A stretch of DNA of 32,000 nt from Mycobacterium leprae TN (GCF_000195855.1 NC_002677.1:1860001-1892000); one strand, 5' to 3'; numbered from the stretch's first letter, positions 12,642 through 24,609 are shown. Notes: generated by a model not told the origin, from the sequence alone. Translations and numbers: made by a program.

Positions 12642-13603
12642 CGTGACTGCTTCTGCCGCAATCGTTCCCGGAATTGCACGGCCTGTGCCCGCATCTCGGA
12701 AGTAATCACGAAGTGACCGCCGAAGTCGTTGAGATAGCCGGGTGCATACTGAGGATCAGGCAACACCTGGCGCAGCCAGCTATACGGCTTACGGCGCCGC
12801 CACTCCCGCGGGTAACCCACCGATACCTCTTCGAAGCGCACCTCGTTATACCAGGTGGTACGTGGAATATGAAGATGGCCGTAGACCGAACAAACTGCGT
12901 TGTAGCGGATATGCCAGTCAGCGGTTTTAGTGGTTCCACACCACAGCGAAAATTCTGGATAGAATAACGCGTCACAGGGTTCTCGCACCAACGGAAAATG
13001 GTTTACCAGCACGGTCGGTGTCATCCAGTCAAGTTGTTCGAGACGGGACCGGGTGACATCGAGCCTGTCACGACACCACGCCTCGCGAGTAGCGTACGGC
13101 TCCGATGAGAGCAGGTATTCATCAGTAGCCACCACATTGCGCTCCCGCGCTATGGCCAAACCCTTGGCTTTGCTGTCAGCGCCAGTGGGTAAGAAAGTAT
13201 AGTCATACAGCAAAAACATCGGCACGATCGTGGCCGGGCCGCCACGCTCTGTCCAAAGCGGGAACGGATGTTCGGACGTAACCACGCCCATCTGGTCGCA
13301 CATATTAATCAGGTAATCATAGCGTGCTCGGCCAAAGATCTGCATCGGATCCCGGTTGGTCGTCCACAGTTCGTGGTTGCCAGGAACCCAAATAACCTTG
13401 GCAAAGCGGTGCCGCAGCAGTTCAAGCGTCCAACGAATCTCATCGGTGCATTCAGCGACGTCGCCGGCAACGATCAGCCAATCATCTGGCGACAACGGGT
13501 ACAGCGATTCAGCTACCGGCTTATTACCGACGTGACCGGTGTGCAGGTCGGAAATCGCCCACAACGTCGGCTCTACCCCGCACATCGGTTCCTGTTTTGC
13601 CAC
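12638..13603 (-). CDS. Metallophosphoesterase (Rv2795c-like)
   Basis: 321-aa ORF with calcineurin-like motifs LWAISDLHTGH, DWLIVAGDVAE, VIWVPGNHELW, LVNHFPL and YGHLH. It has a 4-nt overlap with pptT. Confidence 0.92.
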   Translation of the reverse strand: MAKQEPMCGVEPTLWAISDLHTGHVGNKPVAESLYPLSPDDWLIVAGDVAECTDEIRWTLELLRHRFAKVIWVPGNHELWTTNRDPMQIFGRARYDYLINMCDQMGVVTSEHPFPLWTERGGPATIVPMFLLYDYTFLPTGADSKAKGLAIARERNVVATDEYLLSSEPYATREAWCRDRLDVTRSRLEQLDWMTPTVLVNHFPLVREPCDALFYPEFSLWCGTTKTADWHIRYNAVCSVYGHLHIPRTTWYNEVRFEEVSVGYPREWRRRKPYSWLRQVLPDPQYAPGYLNDFGGHFVITSEMRAQAVQFRERLRQKQSR

Positions 13604-13935
13604 GGTTGCTCAGCCTAGCGCCACGACCTCGTCGACCTGCACACGTCACCACCGGTTATCGTTTTCCCACTGACGACACGAACGTAACTTGCACACTCTC
13701 GGCAAAGGACCGCAGCAAGTTACATGTTAGTAGTATCCTACTAGTCTGAGTCCGTCTGATCGGAGAGCCCGGTGCGTTAGTCACAACGGTCATCGGGGGC
13801 GCAGTGGGCACAGAGAACGCCCCGCTGCCAACCGCAGCTGGGACCGTCCTAGCTGCCGGTCGACCAGCGATCCGATAGAAACCACAATGACGAGTAACCG
13901 ATTATAGCTACCAGTGACCCACGCCCGTTCGACCT

Positions 13936-14340
13936 ATGTTAGGGGACATCCAGTTCGATGCCGTGCAGCGACTCGGACTGGCGTTCACACCACCCAAACG
14001 CGAAGTCGGGCTGTACTGCTACTATGACACCGATAACTATCAGATGGCTGTCGAGGCCAATCATCTGACTTGCTTACGCACAATTCCACCCGATGCCCAT
14101 CAGTGGCCACCGTGCCGCACAGTATTAGGTCATGAAACCGACCGATCACAATAGTTTCTAGAACTACTCCTGCATGGTGACGTTCAAGACCCGCTACGGA
14201 GTAATCCAGCAGGCCCCATTACACCCCAGCCCCGACGTCGACTGCCCGTACACCAACCTGCAACAAGCTAACGATCTCTCCAGTACAAGTTCTAACCGCC
14301 AGTCGGCCAGTCTTACCCTGAGTTCGTGCGTACCCTAAGC
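13936..14340 (+). pseudogene. Unassigned decayed CDS upstream of the Rv2800-like pseudogene (possibly Rv2799-like)
   Basis: The open segment KREVGLYCYYDTDNYQMAVEANHLTCLRTIPPDAHQWPPCRTVLGHETDRSQ (13936-14154) is protein-like in composition. In another frame the following DNA reads VTFKTRYGVIQQAPLHPSPDVDCPYTNL. Family assignment is by position only. Confidence 0.4.
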
Positions 14341-14359
14341 ACGCAATTCGGCAGCAACG

Positions 14360-15420
14360 CTGCCGGAAGACTGTTGAGACTGCCGTGGGCGACCACCCGT
14401 TACACCGTTAGCTGAGTACAAGTCCCGATACGCAACAGCCATACACCTGGTTGCCGACAACTATGCACCGATCACGTCAAGCCCCACAAGCACCTTGCTA
14501 GTCCGCTGACCCTATGAGCATAGGCTGTCGATTCTAGTTGATATTTGACAAGCTGTAAACTGCCCGCGGCTACCACATCGTGCTGCACAGCGTGCACAGG
14601 ACGTTCGGGTCGGGCGGTGTGTTCGAGCCAATGATCAACGAAGCCGCCGACACCGTGACGTGGCCTCCGTCAGCCACCCTAATTCACCGGGATGGTTCAG
14701 CACCGTCGGGTTGTCCTACCTGGGGTTCACCCAGGAGGCGCTGTTGCACTATCCGCCACCAGAACTGACCGCGACCGTCATCACCGCGGCTCCACACGAT
14801 TTCCACACCTCGGTGTGAGGTACCGGCTCGTTCACCATCAACAATTTTCTGCGCTGGCGCAATCTGATTTCGCACCAGTAACATCCACAACGCATCCGGA
14901 GCAGCATCGCCAGCTGCAGACATGGCGGAAGGTGACACGCGCCGCCAGTGACGTTCCACTGGGTACTGCCGCCAGGACACTGCTTGGCACGGGTACTCCG
15001 TGTTGCGCATCGTGGGGCACACATTCCGACCACAACGATCCGTTTTGGACACAAATACGGCTCGGCACCGCGCTGGACCGCATTCAGATGGCCGATATTG
15101 CTAGTGAGAGCTGGTAAGATATAGTCTCTCCGGCAAACCTGCACCAGTACCGGTTATCTGGTGCGGCCGAGGTGTCAACGTAACGCTAACGATCAGGCCG
15201 TAGACACACAACTCAAATGCTCACCAAAGGTCTGACCACCAATGCTCTCGGAATCGTTTACTTGAATGGACACTGACCTGGGCGAGACGCCGGCGCGACA
15301 AGCAAGAACCGATGATGGCATCCCAGCTGCTGACACCGGCCACCCCTCCGGTGTATTTCGGCCCCTTCCGGTTGGCCGGCGGAATCATACACCGACACCT
15401 CCAACATCGGGCGTACCACC
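14360..15420 (+). pseudogene. Decayed CocE/NonD-family (X-Pro dipeptidyl-peptidase-like) hydrolase, Rv2800-like
   Basis: Residual pieces in shifting frames: LLRLPWATTRYTV, AARGYH, TFGSGGVFEPMINEAADTVTW, STVGLSYLGFTQEALLHYPPPELTATVITAAPHDFHTSV, GSFTINNFLRW, DPFWTQIRLGTALDRIQMADI. Confidence 0.75.
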
Positions 15421-15439
15421 AGCTAGTACAGCAGACGTA

Positions 15440-15850
15440 GTCAGGTGTACAGGTTGAGTCGCACCAGCTCGATCAACAGTATCACTGATACCATGAGCAC
15501 CGCCAATTTGTGTTTGGGTCGAAAATCGATCCGGTAGACACGCACCGACTCGGTAGTCCAAATATGCAAATCCTTGATTGCACTAAGGCTTTCTGGGTAT
15601 TTCACCGTTAGTGCGACAACAACTTTCGCTGCGACCCGCACCACAAGGTGCGCATCGGCGCTGTCGGCAGCCGCAGCTGCCAGTAAGTCCCGATTCTCGG
15701 GTCACACTCGCTCCACGTGTCCATGAGCGACCGTCGAAAACAGCAAGAACTCCCGGGTCGCCAACCTAGAACCGCTTTTCTCCGATGCCGCCTTTGCGCA
15801 GCAACACACGCTGATAAACATCCAGCAGTACGTTGCACGACCACAAGCCA
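15440..15850 (-). pseudogene. Unassigned decayed coding region
   Basis: Minus-strand pieces in different frames: VLLDVYQRVLLRKGGIGEKRF, TREFLLFSTVAHGHVERV and VRVAAKVVVALTVKYPESLSAIKDLHIWTTESVRVYRIDFRPKHKLAVLMVSVILLIELVRLNLYT. No confident family. Confidence 0.3.
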
Positions 15851-16261
15851 TTACTTCAGAAAGGTGTCACTGCGATCTCGCAAGCCGCGCTACAACGTCG
15901 AGCCGGCGCAAAGGCGACACGGTCTTCGGCGGCTGGCACCGTAACGACAACGCACCTAGCAATCGCGTCGTCGTCACGGTGACTTCAGCGACTGCCACCT
16001 CGGCATTCCGCGCTAATGGTTAGGTGATGCCACTGACCTTGCTCATATTACTGTCGGGCTACCAGCACTATACTCTTCTCGCCGTGGCCACGGACTGCAA
16101 CCCGCGCAGTTCGATGCTGTTCTGGTAGGAGCAGACCACGATAGGTGCGGGATCGCTGCGGTAAAACCCGCCAGATATAAACCACGGCGAGACTCCTCGG
16201 CGAGTCGTCACCGCCCATTATTGTGTCACGAAAGACTAGCTAGCCTGAGGTCATGGCCGGA

Positions 16262-16993
16262 CGATACCCTGCTGATCAAAACCAACGAGCAGGTGTGCAC
16301 CCGGACCATCAACGGGCTGTAGGAGAGCAATGTGCTGTCTGAGATACTACGCGGTAGGTTTTTCAGGGACCTGACCGGTGCCGAGACCGACGATGGCTGC
16401 CATAGTCACCGGTGCCGATCCGGTATTTTGCGCTGAGCTGAATACCAAAAAGCTGGACAAACATTCGACGTTGTCCGATATCTCCCCACGGTAACCATCG
16501 ATGACCAAGCTGATGATCGACGCGATCAATGGCGCCGCGGTCACCGGTGGACTGAAAATGGTCCTGTACTGCAACAGGGATCGCTTCAAAGCACACGTGC
16601 TTCGTCGACACCCCATGCCCAAGTTGGCCGGCTATCCACCTCAGGGCTGAGCGTGCGGCTGCCGCAAAAGGTGGGTATAGGCATGACCCAGCGGATGAAC
16701 TTCACCGGACAACTACCTGCTGGCCGCCGCGCTGTGGACCGGCCTGGTCACCGAAGTGGTACCGCGCCACCGGCTGCTGGACAACGCTCACCAGATGTCA
16801 GCAACCATCATCGGCAACAATCAAACGCAGTATGGATATTACTGGCGTCCCACCACCGGACCGAAGAGTCGTAAACTTCCGGGGACTACGACTGGAAGCG
16901 ATGGCGGCCAAGCAATTCCGAGCCAGCAACGACGACATAGCCGTCAACCGCGAGGCCGTTCTTCGACGTGGACGTCCACAAGTGCGTTAGGGT
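16262..16993 (+). pseudogene. echA16: Decayed enoyl-CoA hydratase (echA16, Rv2831-like)
   Basis: Pieces: DDTLLIKTNEQV, VTGADPVFCAELNTKKLDKHSTLSDISP, MTKLMIDAINGAAVTGGLKMVLYC, GLSVRLPQKVGIGMTQRMNFTG, and the C-terminus AMAAKQFRASNDDIAVNREAVLRRGRPQVR*. Frameshifts and deletions lie between them. Confidence 0.88.
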
Positions 16994-17241
16994 AGGAGAC
17001 AAGCAACAGGCACCCAGCCAATGCGGATTGGTGCACGCCTTTCACCCTGTTAAGGGTTCGAGATGTGCAGTACGAACGGAATGGCGAGCCACGGAGGCTG
17101 ACAAATAGACCATATAATTGCGTTTAATACATTGTTGTCAGGAGGCAACATCAACACCGCCATTATTACGCACGACCGGATGAAGCCGTCCATAGACCGC
17201 TACATTCCGGCAACGAGGTCGGCAGGTAGACTGCGCGATCC

Positions 17242-18684
17242 ATGGGATGCAACAAGCGAGGCGTGACTCGCCAGGAAGACGACTTCTCCGCCTGGTACAA
17301 CGAGGTCGTCGCCAAGGCAGGACTGATCGATCGAGGACCCGCCAAGGGAACCATGGTGATTCGCCCGTACGGCTACCGAATTTGGGAGCTGTTGCAGGAC
17401 GAGCTTGATAGCAAGATCAAGGAACTCGGGCACGAAAATGCCTACTTTCCGATGCTGATCCCAGAGAACTATTTCAACCGGGAAGCCGAGCATGTCGAAG
17501 GGTTCCATCCGGAACTGGCGGTCGTCACCCATGCCGGCGGCAAGGAGCTGTCCGAGCCCCTCGTGATCCGTCCCACCTCCGAGACCGTCATCGGCGACAT
17601 GATGGCCAAATGGATCACCTCCCACCGTGACCTACCGCTGCGGTTAAACCAGTGGTCGAATGTGGTCCGTTGGGAACTTCGGCCCCGAATGCTGCTGCGC
17701 ACGATCGAATTCCTGTGGCAAGAAGGTCACTCGGCGCACATCGAGAAATCCGACGCTCTCCGCGAAACTTTGTTCGCTCTGGACATATACACCACGTTGG
17801 CTCGTGACATGGCCGCCATTCCGATTGTTTCTGGAGAGAAAACCGCCGGTGAGCGGTTCGCCGGTGCGCTCAACACCTACACTATCGAAGCGATGATGCG
17901 CGATGGGAAAGCGTTGCAATCCGCAACCACTCATTACTTGGGAGACAACTTCGCTCGGGCGTTCAACATCCGCTACACCACCGCCGAAGAACAACAAGCT
18001 TTCGTGCACACGACGTCTTTTGGGCTAAGTACGCGGATGATCGGTGCTATCGTGATGGTCCACGGCGATGACAAGGGCCTTGTTCTCCCACCCCAGGTGG
18101 CCCCCTACCAAGTTGTCATCGTGCCAATCACTACCGGCAACAAGGCATCCGAGGTCGGACATGCCGCAGCAGACTTGGCGCGACGCCTGCAAGCTGCCGG
18201 GGTGCGCACGCATGTGGATGCGCGTCCACAGCTGACGCCAGGCTGGAAATACAACGAATGGGAGCTCCGCGGGGTACCGATCCGCCTCGAACTCGGCCCG
18301 CGCGACCTCGAAGCCGGAACCACAGTCATGGTCAGGCGTATCGGTGAGAAAGCCAAACAGCCCATTGCCATCGCAGCTGCCCCGACCGAACTCCCCGGCA
18401 TTCTCGAAGAGTTCCAACGCACCTTGCTGGAGCGCGCCACCCAATTCCGCGACGATCACACCACACTGGTCGACAACTGGGACGCTTTCGCAACAACCGT
18501 AGCCACAGGATGGGCACTTGCCATTCATTGCGGCAACCCGGAGTGCGAAGAGGACATCAAAGCCGAAACAGCGGCCACCCCCCGATGCGTACCTCGGCAA
18601 GGCGCCCCAGCTACCGGACGGTGCATACGCTGCGATGCACCATCTGCTTACGACAAGCGAGTCATCTTTGCGAGAGCCTATTGA
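17242..18684 (+). CDS. proS: Prolyl-tRNA synthetase, eukaryal/archaeal-type (ProS type 3)
   Basis: 480-aa ORF with class II aaRS motifs GTMVIRPYGYRIWELLQDELD, VIRPTSETVIGDMMAKWI, LRLNQWSNVVRWELRPRMLLRTIEFLWQEGHSAH and VVIVPI. The C-terminal Cys-rich zinc-type domain is CGNPECEEDIKAET...RCIRCDAPSAYDKRVIFARAY. There is no bacterial-type insertion domain. An in-frame TAG at 17227-17229 bounds the N-terminus. Confidence 0.95.
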   Translation: MGCNKRGVTRQEDDFSAWYNEVVAKAGLIDRGPAKGTMVIRPYGYRIWELLQDELDSKIKELGHENAYFPMLIPENYFNREAEHVEGFHPELAVVTHAGGKELSEPLVIRPTSETVIGDMMAKWITSHRDLPLRLNQWSNVVRWELRPRMLLRTIEFLWQEGHSAHIEKSDALRETLFALDIYTTLARDMAAIPIVSGEKTAGERFAGALNTYTIEAMMRDGKALQSATTHYLGDNFARAFNIRYTTAEEQQAFVHTTSFGLSTRMIGAIVMVHGDDKGLVLPPQVAPYQVVIVPITTGNKASEVGHAAADLARRLQAAGVRTHVDARPQLTPGWKYNEWELRGVPIRLELGPRDLEAGTTVMVRRIGEKAKQPIAIAAAPTELPGILEEFQRTLLERATQFRDDHTTLVDNWDAFATTVATGWALAIHCGNPECEEDIKAETAATPRCVPRQGAPATGRCIRCDAPSAYDKRVIFARAY

Positions 18685-18704
18685 CCGGACGGCCCTGGCC
18701 GGCA

Positions 18705-19655
<951 letters not shown>

Positions 19656-19668
19656 AGCACCGACCGGC

Positions 19669-20184
19669 TCAGTCATCGGTTAGATCGTCGTCATCAATGT
19701 CCGCGATATCGACCCCGACCAGTCCCGCCACTGACCCCTTGTCACGATACGGATCGGCCTCCCCCGCCGGCTTGGCACGTAGGCGGACCTGCGCCACATC
19801 GGCATCCGCAGCGCGGGCGCGGGCCAACAACTCTTCCATCCGCGCCACACTGTCAGACGTCGTGTCCCGAATGAACGTCAGAGTCGGAGTGAAGCGCACA
19901 CCAGTACCCGCCCCGACCTTGCTACGCAGCGTGCCCTTGGCCCGGTTCAGCGCAGCGGTGGCGGCAGTGTAGTCGGGCGCATCCTCCAGCGTGCGACCCA
20001 TCACTGTGTAAAACACTGTGGCGTCATGCAAGTCAGCGGTCACCTTCACATCGACGATGGTCACCCCGTCCAACCCCGGATCCTTGATCTCGAACTCGAT
20101 GGCCGAGGCAACGATCGTGCAGATCCGCTTGGCCAGCCGACGCGCACGAGCCTGATCAGCCATTAAGAACGCCCTCCTACGCAC
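19669..20184 (-). CDS. rbfA: Ribosome-binding factor A
   Basis: 171-aa [66 protein letters not shown], with RbfA features. It is immediately downstream of infB, overlapping by 8 nt. The start could be MADQARARR at the internal Met. Confidence 0.95.
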   Translation of the reverse strand: MRRRAFLMADQARARRLAKRICTIVASAIEFEIKDPGLDGVTIVDVKVTADLHDATVFYTVMGRTLEDAPDYTAATAALNRAKGTLRSKVGAGTGVRFTPTLTFIRDTTSDSVARMEELLARARAADADVAQVRLRAKPAGEADPYRDKGSVAGLVGVDIADIDDDDLTDD

Positions 20185-22951
20185 GTTGTTTCTCTACCAA
20201 CTCGTAGGACTCAATAACATCACCCTCCTTGATATCCGAGTAACCCAACGTCATACCGCACTCGAAGCCCTCGCGTACCTCGGTCACGTCATCTTTTTCC
20301 CGACGCAGCGAGGTCACCGTGAGGTTGTCGGTGACCACGATGTTGTCACGCAACAGCCGGACCTTCGCGTTGCGCCGCACCACACCCGAACTGATTATGC
20401 AGCCAGCAATGATGCCTACCTTTGAGGAACGGAACAGCGCCCGGATCTCGGCACGCCCCAGCTGATTCTCTTCGTAAATCGGTTTGAGCATGCCACGCAG
20501 GGCCTTTTCGATATCATCGATCGCCTGGTAAATGACCAAGTAGTAGCGGATCTCCACGCCCTCGCGGCTTGCCAACTCGGTGGCTTTACCTTCAGCGCGC
20601 ACGTTGAAGCCAATGATGATCGCATCCGAGGCCGACGCAAGATTGACATTAGTCTCGGTGATGCCACCGACGCCCCGATCAATAACGCGCAAAGCGACTT
20701 CGTCGTCGACCTGTATGCCCATCAGCGCCTCTTCCAACGCCTCGACCGTACCGGCGTTGTCGCCCTTGAGGATCAGGTTCAGCTGGCTGGTTTCCTTCAG
20801 CGCCGAATCCAGGTCCTCCAGGCTGATTCGCTTGCGCGAACGCGCCGCCAAGGCGTTGCGCTTACGGGCGCTGCGCCGATCGGCGATCTGGCGGGCGATG
20901 CGATCCTCGTCAACGACCAGGAAGTTGTCACCAGCGCCGGGCACCGACGTGAACCCGATGACCTGCACCGGACTCGACGGTAGCGCCGCCTCGATGTCCA
21001 CTCCGTGTTCGTCGACCATGCGGCGGACACGGCCATACGCGTCGCCGGCGACGACCGAGTCGCCGATGCGCAGCGTACCGCGCTGTACCAACACCGTGGC
21101 GACCGGACCTCGACCGCGGTCCAGGTGCGCCTCGATCGCCACACCCTGGGCCTCCATGCCGGAGTTAGCCCGCAAGTCCAGAGCGGCATCGGCGGTCAGC
21201 AGCACCGCCTCGAGCAGGGCCTCGATGTTGGTGCCCACCTTTGCCGAGATGTCGATGAACATGGTGTCGCCACCGAAATCCTCTGCTACCAAACCATATT
21301 CGGTGAGCTGGCCACGGATTTTAGCCGGGTCAGCACCTTCCTTGTCGATCTTGTTAACCGCCACCACGATCGGCACGTCAGCGGCCTGCGCATGGTTGAT
21401 GGCCTCCACCGTCTGCGGCATCACACCGTCGTCGGCGGCAACCACCAGGATGGCGATGTCGGTGGCTTTGGCGCCCCGAGCACGCATGGCGGTGAACGCC
21501 TCGTGGCCCGGGGTGTCGATGAAGGTGATCAACCGCTCGCTGCCGTCGAGGTCGACTCCGACCTGGTAGGCACCGATGTGCTGGGTGATGCCGCCAGCCT
21601 CGGCCTCGCGGACGTTGGCCTTTCGTATAGTATCCAGCAGGCGGGTCTTGCCGTGGTCGACGTGGCCCATTACGGTCACGACCGGCGGACGGACCTGCAG
21701 CTCGTCTTCGTCTCCTTGGTCCTCACCGTAAGTGAGGTCGAAGGGTTCTAGCAACTCACGGTCTTCGTCCTCGGGGCTGACTACCTGGACGTTGTAATTC
21801 ATCTCGCTACCCAGCAACTCGAGTGTCTCGTCACCGACCGACTGGGTTGCCGTCACCATCTCCCCGAGGTTAAACAGCGCCTGCACCAATGCAGCCGGAT
21901 TGGCGTCAATTTTCTCGGCGAAGTCCGAGAGGGATGCTCCGCGCGCCAATCGAATCGTCTCGCCGTTGCCATGCGGTAACCGCACGCCGCCAACGACAGG
22001 AGCTTGCATAGAGTCGTATTCCTGGCGCTTCTGCCGCTTGGACTTACGACCGCGCCGGGGTGCACCGCCAGGACGGCCAAATGCACCGGCCGCACCGCCG
22101 CGCTGTCCGGGCCGGCCGCCACCACCGTGGCCGCCACCACCGGGACGGCCACGAAAACCTCCCGAGCCGCCACCCGGCAGGGCTCCGACACCCCCGCCAC
22201 GGTAGTTACCGCCACCCGCATCGGAGCGACCGCCGACGGGAGCGCCCGGCCGACCCCCACCGGGTCGGGGTACGCCAGTACGTGGTGGACGGGGTCCCCC
22301 TCCCCCAACTGCACCTCCGGGACGCGGCGACATGCTGCTTGGCGAAGCGCTCGGGCGGGGTGCCGGCGGACGAGGGATGGGCCGGGCTACAGATTGCGCC
22401 GACGAAAACGGGTTGTTACCAACGCGCGGGGGACGACCCCCTGGCTTAGGTGCCGGCCCGGGGTGCGGGCCGGTCGGCATCCCCGGATGGCCCGGATGGG
22501 GCGCCGCTGGAGTGCCCTGTTGGCCAGGGAGCGGCACTCCCGGCTGCTCCGAAGGCTGTCCTGCGGGCGGCGCCAGTTCCTCACGATGCGCGGTTGAAGG
22601 ACCCTCGCCAGCCACAATAGGCACCACTGCAGCGGAATGATCGACCTGTACCGGCGCAGCAGTCGTCGCACCGTTGCCTGCGACCGCCTTGTCGAGAGCC
22701 CGGTCAAGGGTTTGGTCGAGCGATTCGCCGAGGCGTTTGGCCTGGGCTTTTGTGGCTACCTGCTCAGCACCCTTATCCGCGGCCGGCTTGATGCCACCGA
22801 ACGATTCACGGAGCCGGCGAGCGACCGGTGCTTCGACCGTCGACGACGCAGACTTGACGAATTCGCCCTGCTCATTTAGCCGGGCGAGGACTTCTTTGCT
22901 TGTAACACCGAGTTCCTTAGCCAACTCGTGTACACGGGCCTTACCTGCCAC
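20177..22951 (-). CDS. infB: Translation initiation factor IF-2
   Basis: 924-aa ORF with an IF2_N motif, a Gly/Pro-rich linker, and G-domain motifs [33 protein letters not shown] and [12 protein letters not shown]. Confidence 0.98.
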   Translation of the reverse strand: MAGKARVHELAKELGVTSKEVLARLNEQGEFVKSASSTVEAPVARRLRESFGGIKPAADKGAEQVATKAQAKRLGESLDQTLDRALDKAVAGNGATTAAPVQVDHSAAVVPIVAGEGPSTAHREELAPPAGQPSEQPGVPLPGQQGTPAAPHPGHPGMPTGPHPGPAPKPGGRPPRVGNNPFSSAQSVARPIPRPPAPRPSASPSSMSPRPGGAVGGGGPRPPRTGVPRPGGGRPGAPVGGRSDAGGGNYRGGGVGALPGGGSGGFRGRPGGGGHGGGGRPGQRGGAAGAFGRPGGAPRRGRKSKRQKRQEYDSMQAPVVGGVRLPHGNGETIRLARGASLSDFAEKIDANPAALVQALFNLGEMVTATQSVGDETLELLGSEMNYNVQVVSPEDEDRELLEPFDLTYGEDQGDEDELQVRPPVVTVMGHVDHGKTRLLDTIRKANVREAEAGGITQHIGAYQVGVDLDGSERLITFIDTPGHEAFTAMRARGAKATDIAILVVAADDGVMPQTVEAINHAQAADVPIVVAVNKIDKEGADPAKIRGQLTEYGLVAEDFGGDTMFIDISAKVGTNIEALLEAVLLTADAALDLRANSGMEAQGVAIEAHLDRGRGPVATVLVQRGTLRIGDSVVAGDAYGRVRRMVDEHGVDIEAALPSSPVQVIGFTSVPGAGDNFLVVDEDRIARQIADRRSARKRNALAARSRKRISLEDLDSALKETSQLNLILKGDNAGTVEALEEALMGIQVDDEVALRVIDRGVGGITETNVNLASASDAIIIGFNVRAEGKATELASREGVEIRYYLVIYQAIDDIEKALRGMLKPIYEENQLGRAEIRALFRSSKVGIIAGCIISSGVVRRNAKVRLLRDNIVVTDNLTVTSLRREKDDVTEVREGFECGMTLGYSDIKEGDVIESYELVEKQRA

Positions 22952-23015
22952 TACATCTCCTGTCTATGAGGCGACAGTGGTGGGCCGCGCCTCCGGGTTT
23001 AGCTATGACGCATTG

Positions 23016-23387
23016 TCATCGGGACTTCACGGTGTGCTCATGTTCTTTGCTACCTGTTCTGTTGCCGGGACGATCTAGTTCACTGAGAAACTCTATGTGC
23101 TCGACCACCGCGGATGTGTCCGGTGAACCGGCGATGCGCAGCGCCCCGGTGAAAGCCCGTCGCCGAATCGCTTGTTGCACGCACTGCATGTCAGGATGCA
23201 ACCACGCACCCCGCCCCGAAAGGCTACTCGCTGTGTCAACGATCACGGCATAACTGCCCTTTCCGGTTGACGGCGCAACCACTCGAAGCAGTTCGACAGC
23301 CAACTCTCGCTTTCGGCACCCGACACATGTCCGCACCGGTCCATCAGTGTGGTGACGGGCCGAGGCCGAAGATTCACGCTGGATCAC
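23016..23387 (-). CDS. YlxR-family nucleic-acid-binding protein (Rv2840c-like)
   Basis: 123-aa ORF with the YlxR signature GPVRTCVGCRKRELAVELLRVV and GRGAWLHPDMQCVQQAIRRRAF. It lies between nusA and infB. Confidence 0.92.
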   Translation of the reverse strand: MIQRESSASARHHTDGPVRTCVGCRKRELAVELLRVVAPSTGKGSYAVIVDTASSLSGRGAWLHPDMQCVQQAIRRRAFTGALRIAGSPDTSAVVEHIEFLSELDRPGNRTGSKEHEHTVKSR

Positions 23388-23535
23388 GGCTCAGTCTAGC
23401 GTTACCGCGCTGTTGAGCAGAACCACCCGGTGAGCTGCGCTCGAACCAAACTGCCCAGCTCGCCTCCTGACCACTGCGCTGGGTTGATGGTGATGGCCTA
23501 GTCGCGCCCGACTTCGCCGCGCTTGCGCTCAATCA

Positions 23536-24579
23536 CTAGCGTTCGTGGGCCATCCCATGGCTGGCATTCTGTTCCGACTGGCCAGCCGAGCATGGCGGCG
23601 AATCACCGCGTATATCGATACGCCACCCGGTAAGCCGAGCGGCTAGCCGCGCGTTCTGGCCCTCCTTGCCGATGGCCAGAGACAACTGAAAGTCGGGAAC
23701 CACTACGCGGGCTGCCCGGGCAGTCTGATCGATAACCGACACCGAGACCACCTTCGCGGGCGATAATGCGTTGGCGACGAAACGGGCCGGGTCCTCATCG
23801 TAATCGATGATGTCGATCTTTTCTCCGGAAAGTTCGCTCATCACATTTCGGACCCGTTGGCCCATCGGACCGATACAGGCCCCTTTGGCATTCAAACCGG
23901 GAACGCGGGAGGCCACCGCAATCTTGGAACGATGGCCGGCCTCCCGGGCCACCGACACAATCTCCACCGACCCGTCGGCGATCTCCGGGACTTCCAACGA
24001 GAAAAGCTTGCGTACCAAGTTGGGGTGGGTACGCGACAAGGTGATCAGCGGCTCACGCGCCCCACGAGTCACACCGACCACATAGCACCGCAAACGGTTG
24101 CCATGTTCGTAGCTCTCGCCAAGGACCTGTTCAGCCGCCGGGATCACTCCTTCGGAAGCCTTGGTCTCACTACCCATCCGGACGACGACTAATCCACGGG
24201 CGTTGGCCCGGCTGTCGCGCTGGATCACACCCGCGACGATCTCACCCTCGCGGGTGGAAAACTCTCCGTAAGTGCGCTCATTTTCGGCGTCGCGAAATCG
24301 TTGCAGCATCACCTGCCGCGCGGTAGTAGCCGCGATCCGGCCAAAACCCTCTGGCGTGTCATCCCATTCGCTAATGACATTGCCATCGTCATCGACTTCG
24401 CGGGCGATCACTTTCACAACGCCAGTTTTGCGGTCGATGTCAATACGCGCGTCTATCTGATGCCCCTGGGTATGCCGGTAAGCAGTTAGCAGGGCGGACC
24501 TAATCGTGTCGAGCAACTCATTGACCGAGATACCCCGATCCATCTCGATCGCATGTAGCGCAGCCATGTCGATGTTCAT
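23536..24579 (-). CDS. nusA: Transcription termination/antitermination factor NusA
   Basis: 347-aa [40 protein letters not shown], with S1/KH motifs [31 protein letters not shown] and [28 protein letters not shown]. Confidence 0.97.
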
Positions 24580-24609
24580 CCTCCGGCCTCCGTTCCGCTG
24601 GCCTGCCCC

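Noticed and set aside
13268-13618. 116-aa plus-strand ORF over the metallophosphoesterase
   Set aside because: It lies fully within the opposite-strand conserved gene and has no support of its own.
22004-22400. Possible repetitive element because of dense ccaccgccgcc-type sequence
   Set aside because: This is the Gly/Pro/Arg-rich N-terminal linker of IF-2 read from the other strand, not a mobile or satellite repeat.
20186-22707. Large antisense and alternate-frame ORFs over infB (e.g. 20580-21569, 21005-21751, 22004-22597)
   Set aside because: They mirror the high-GC codon pattern of infB. No recognisable domains.
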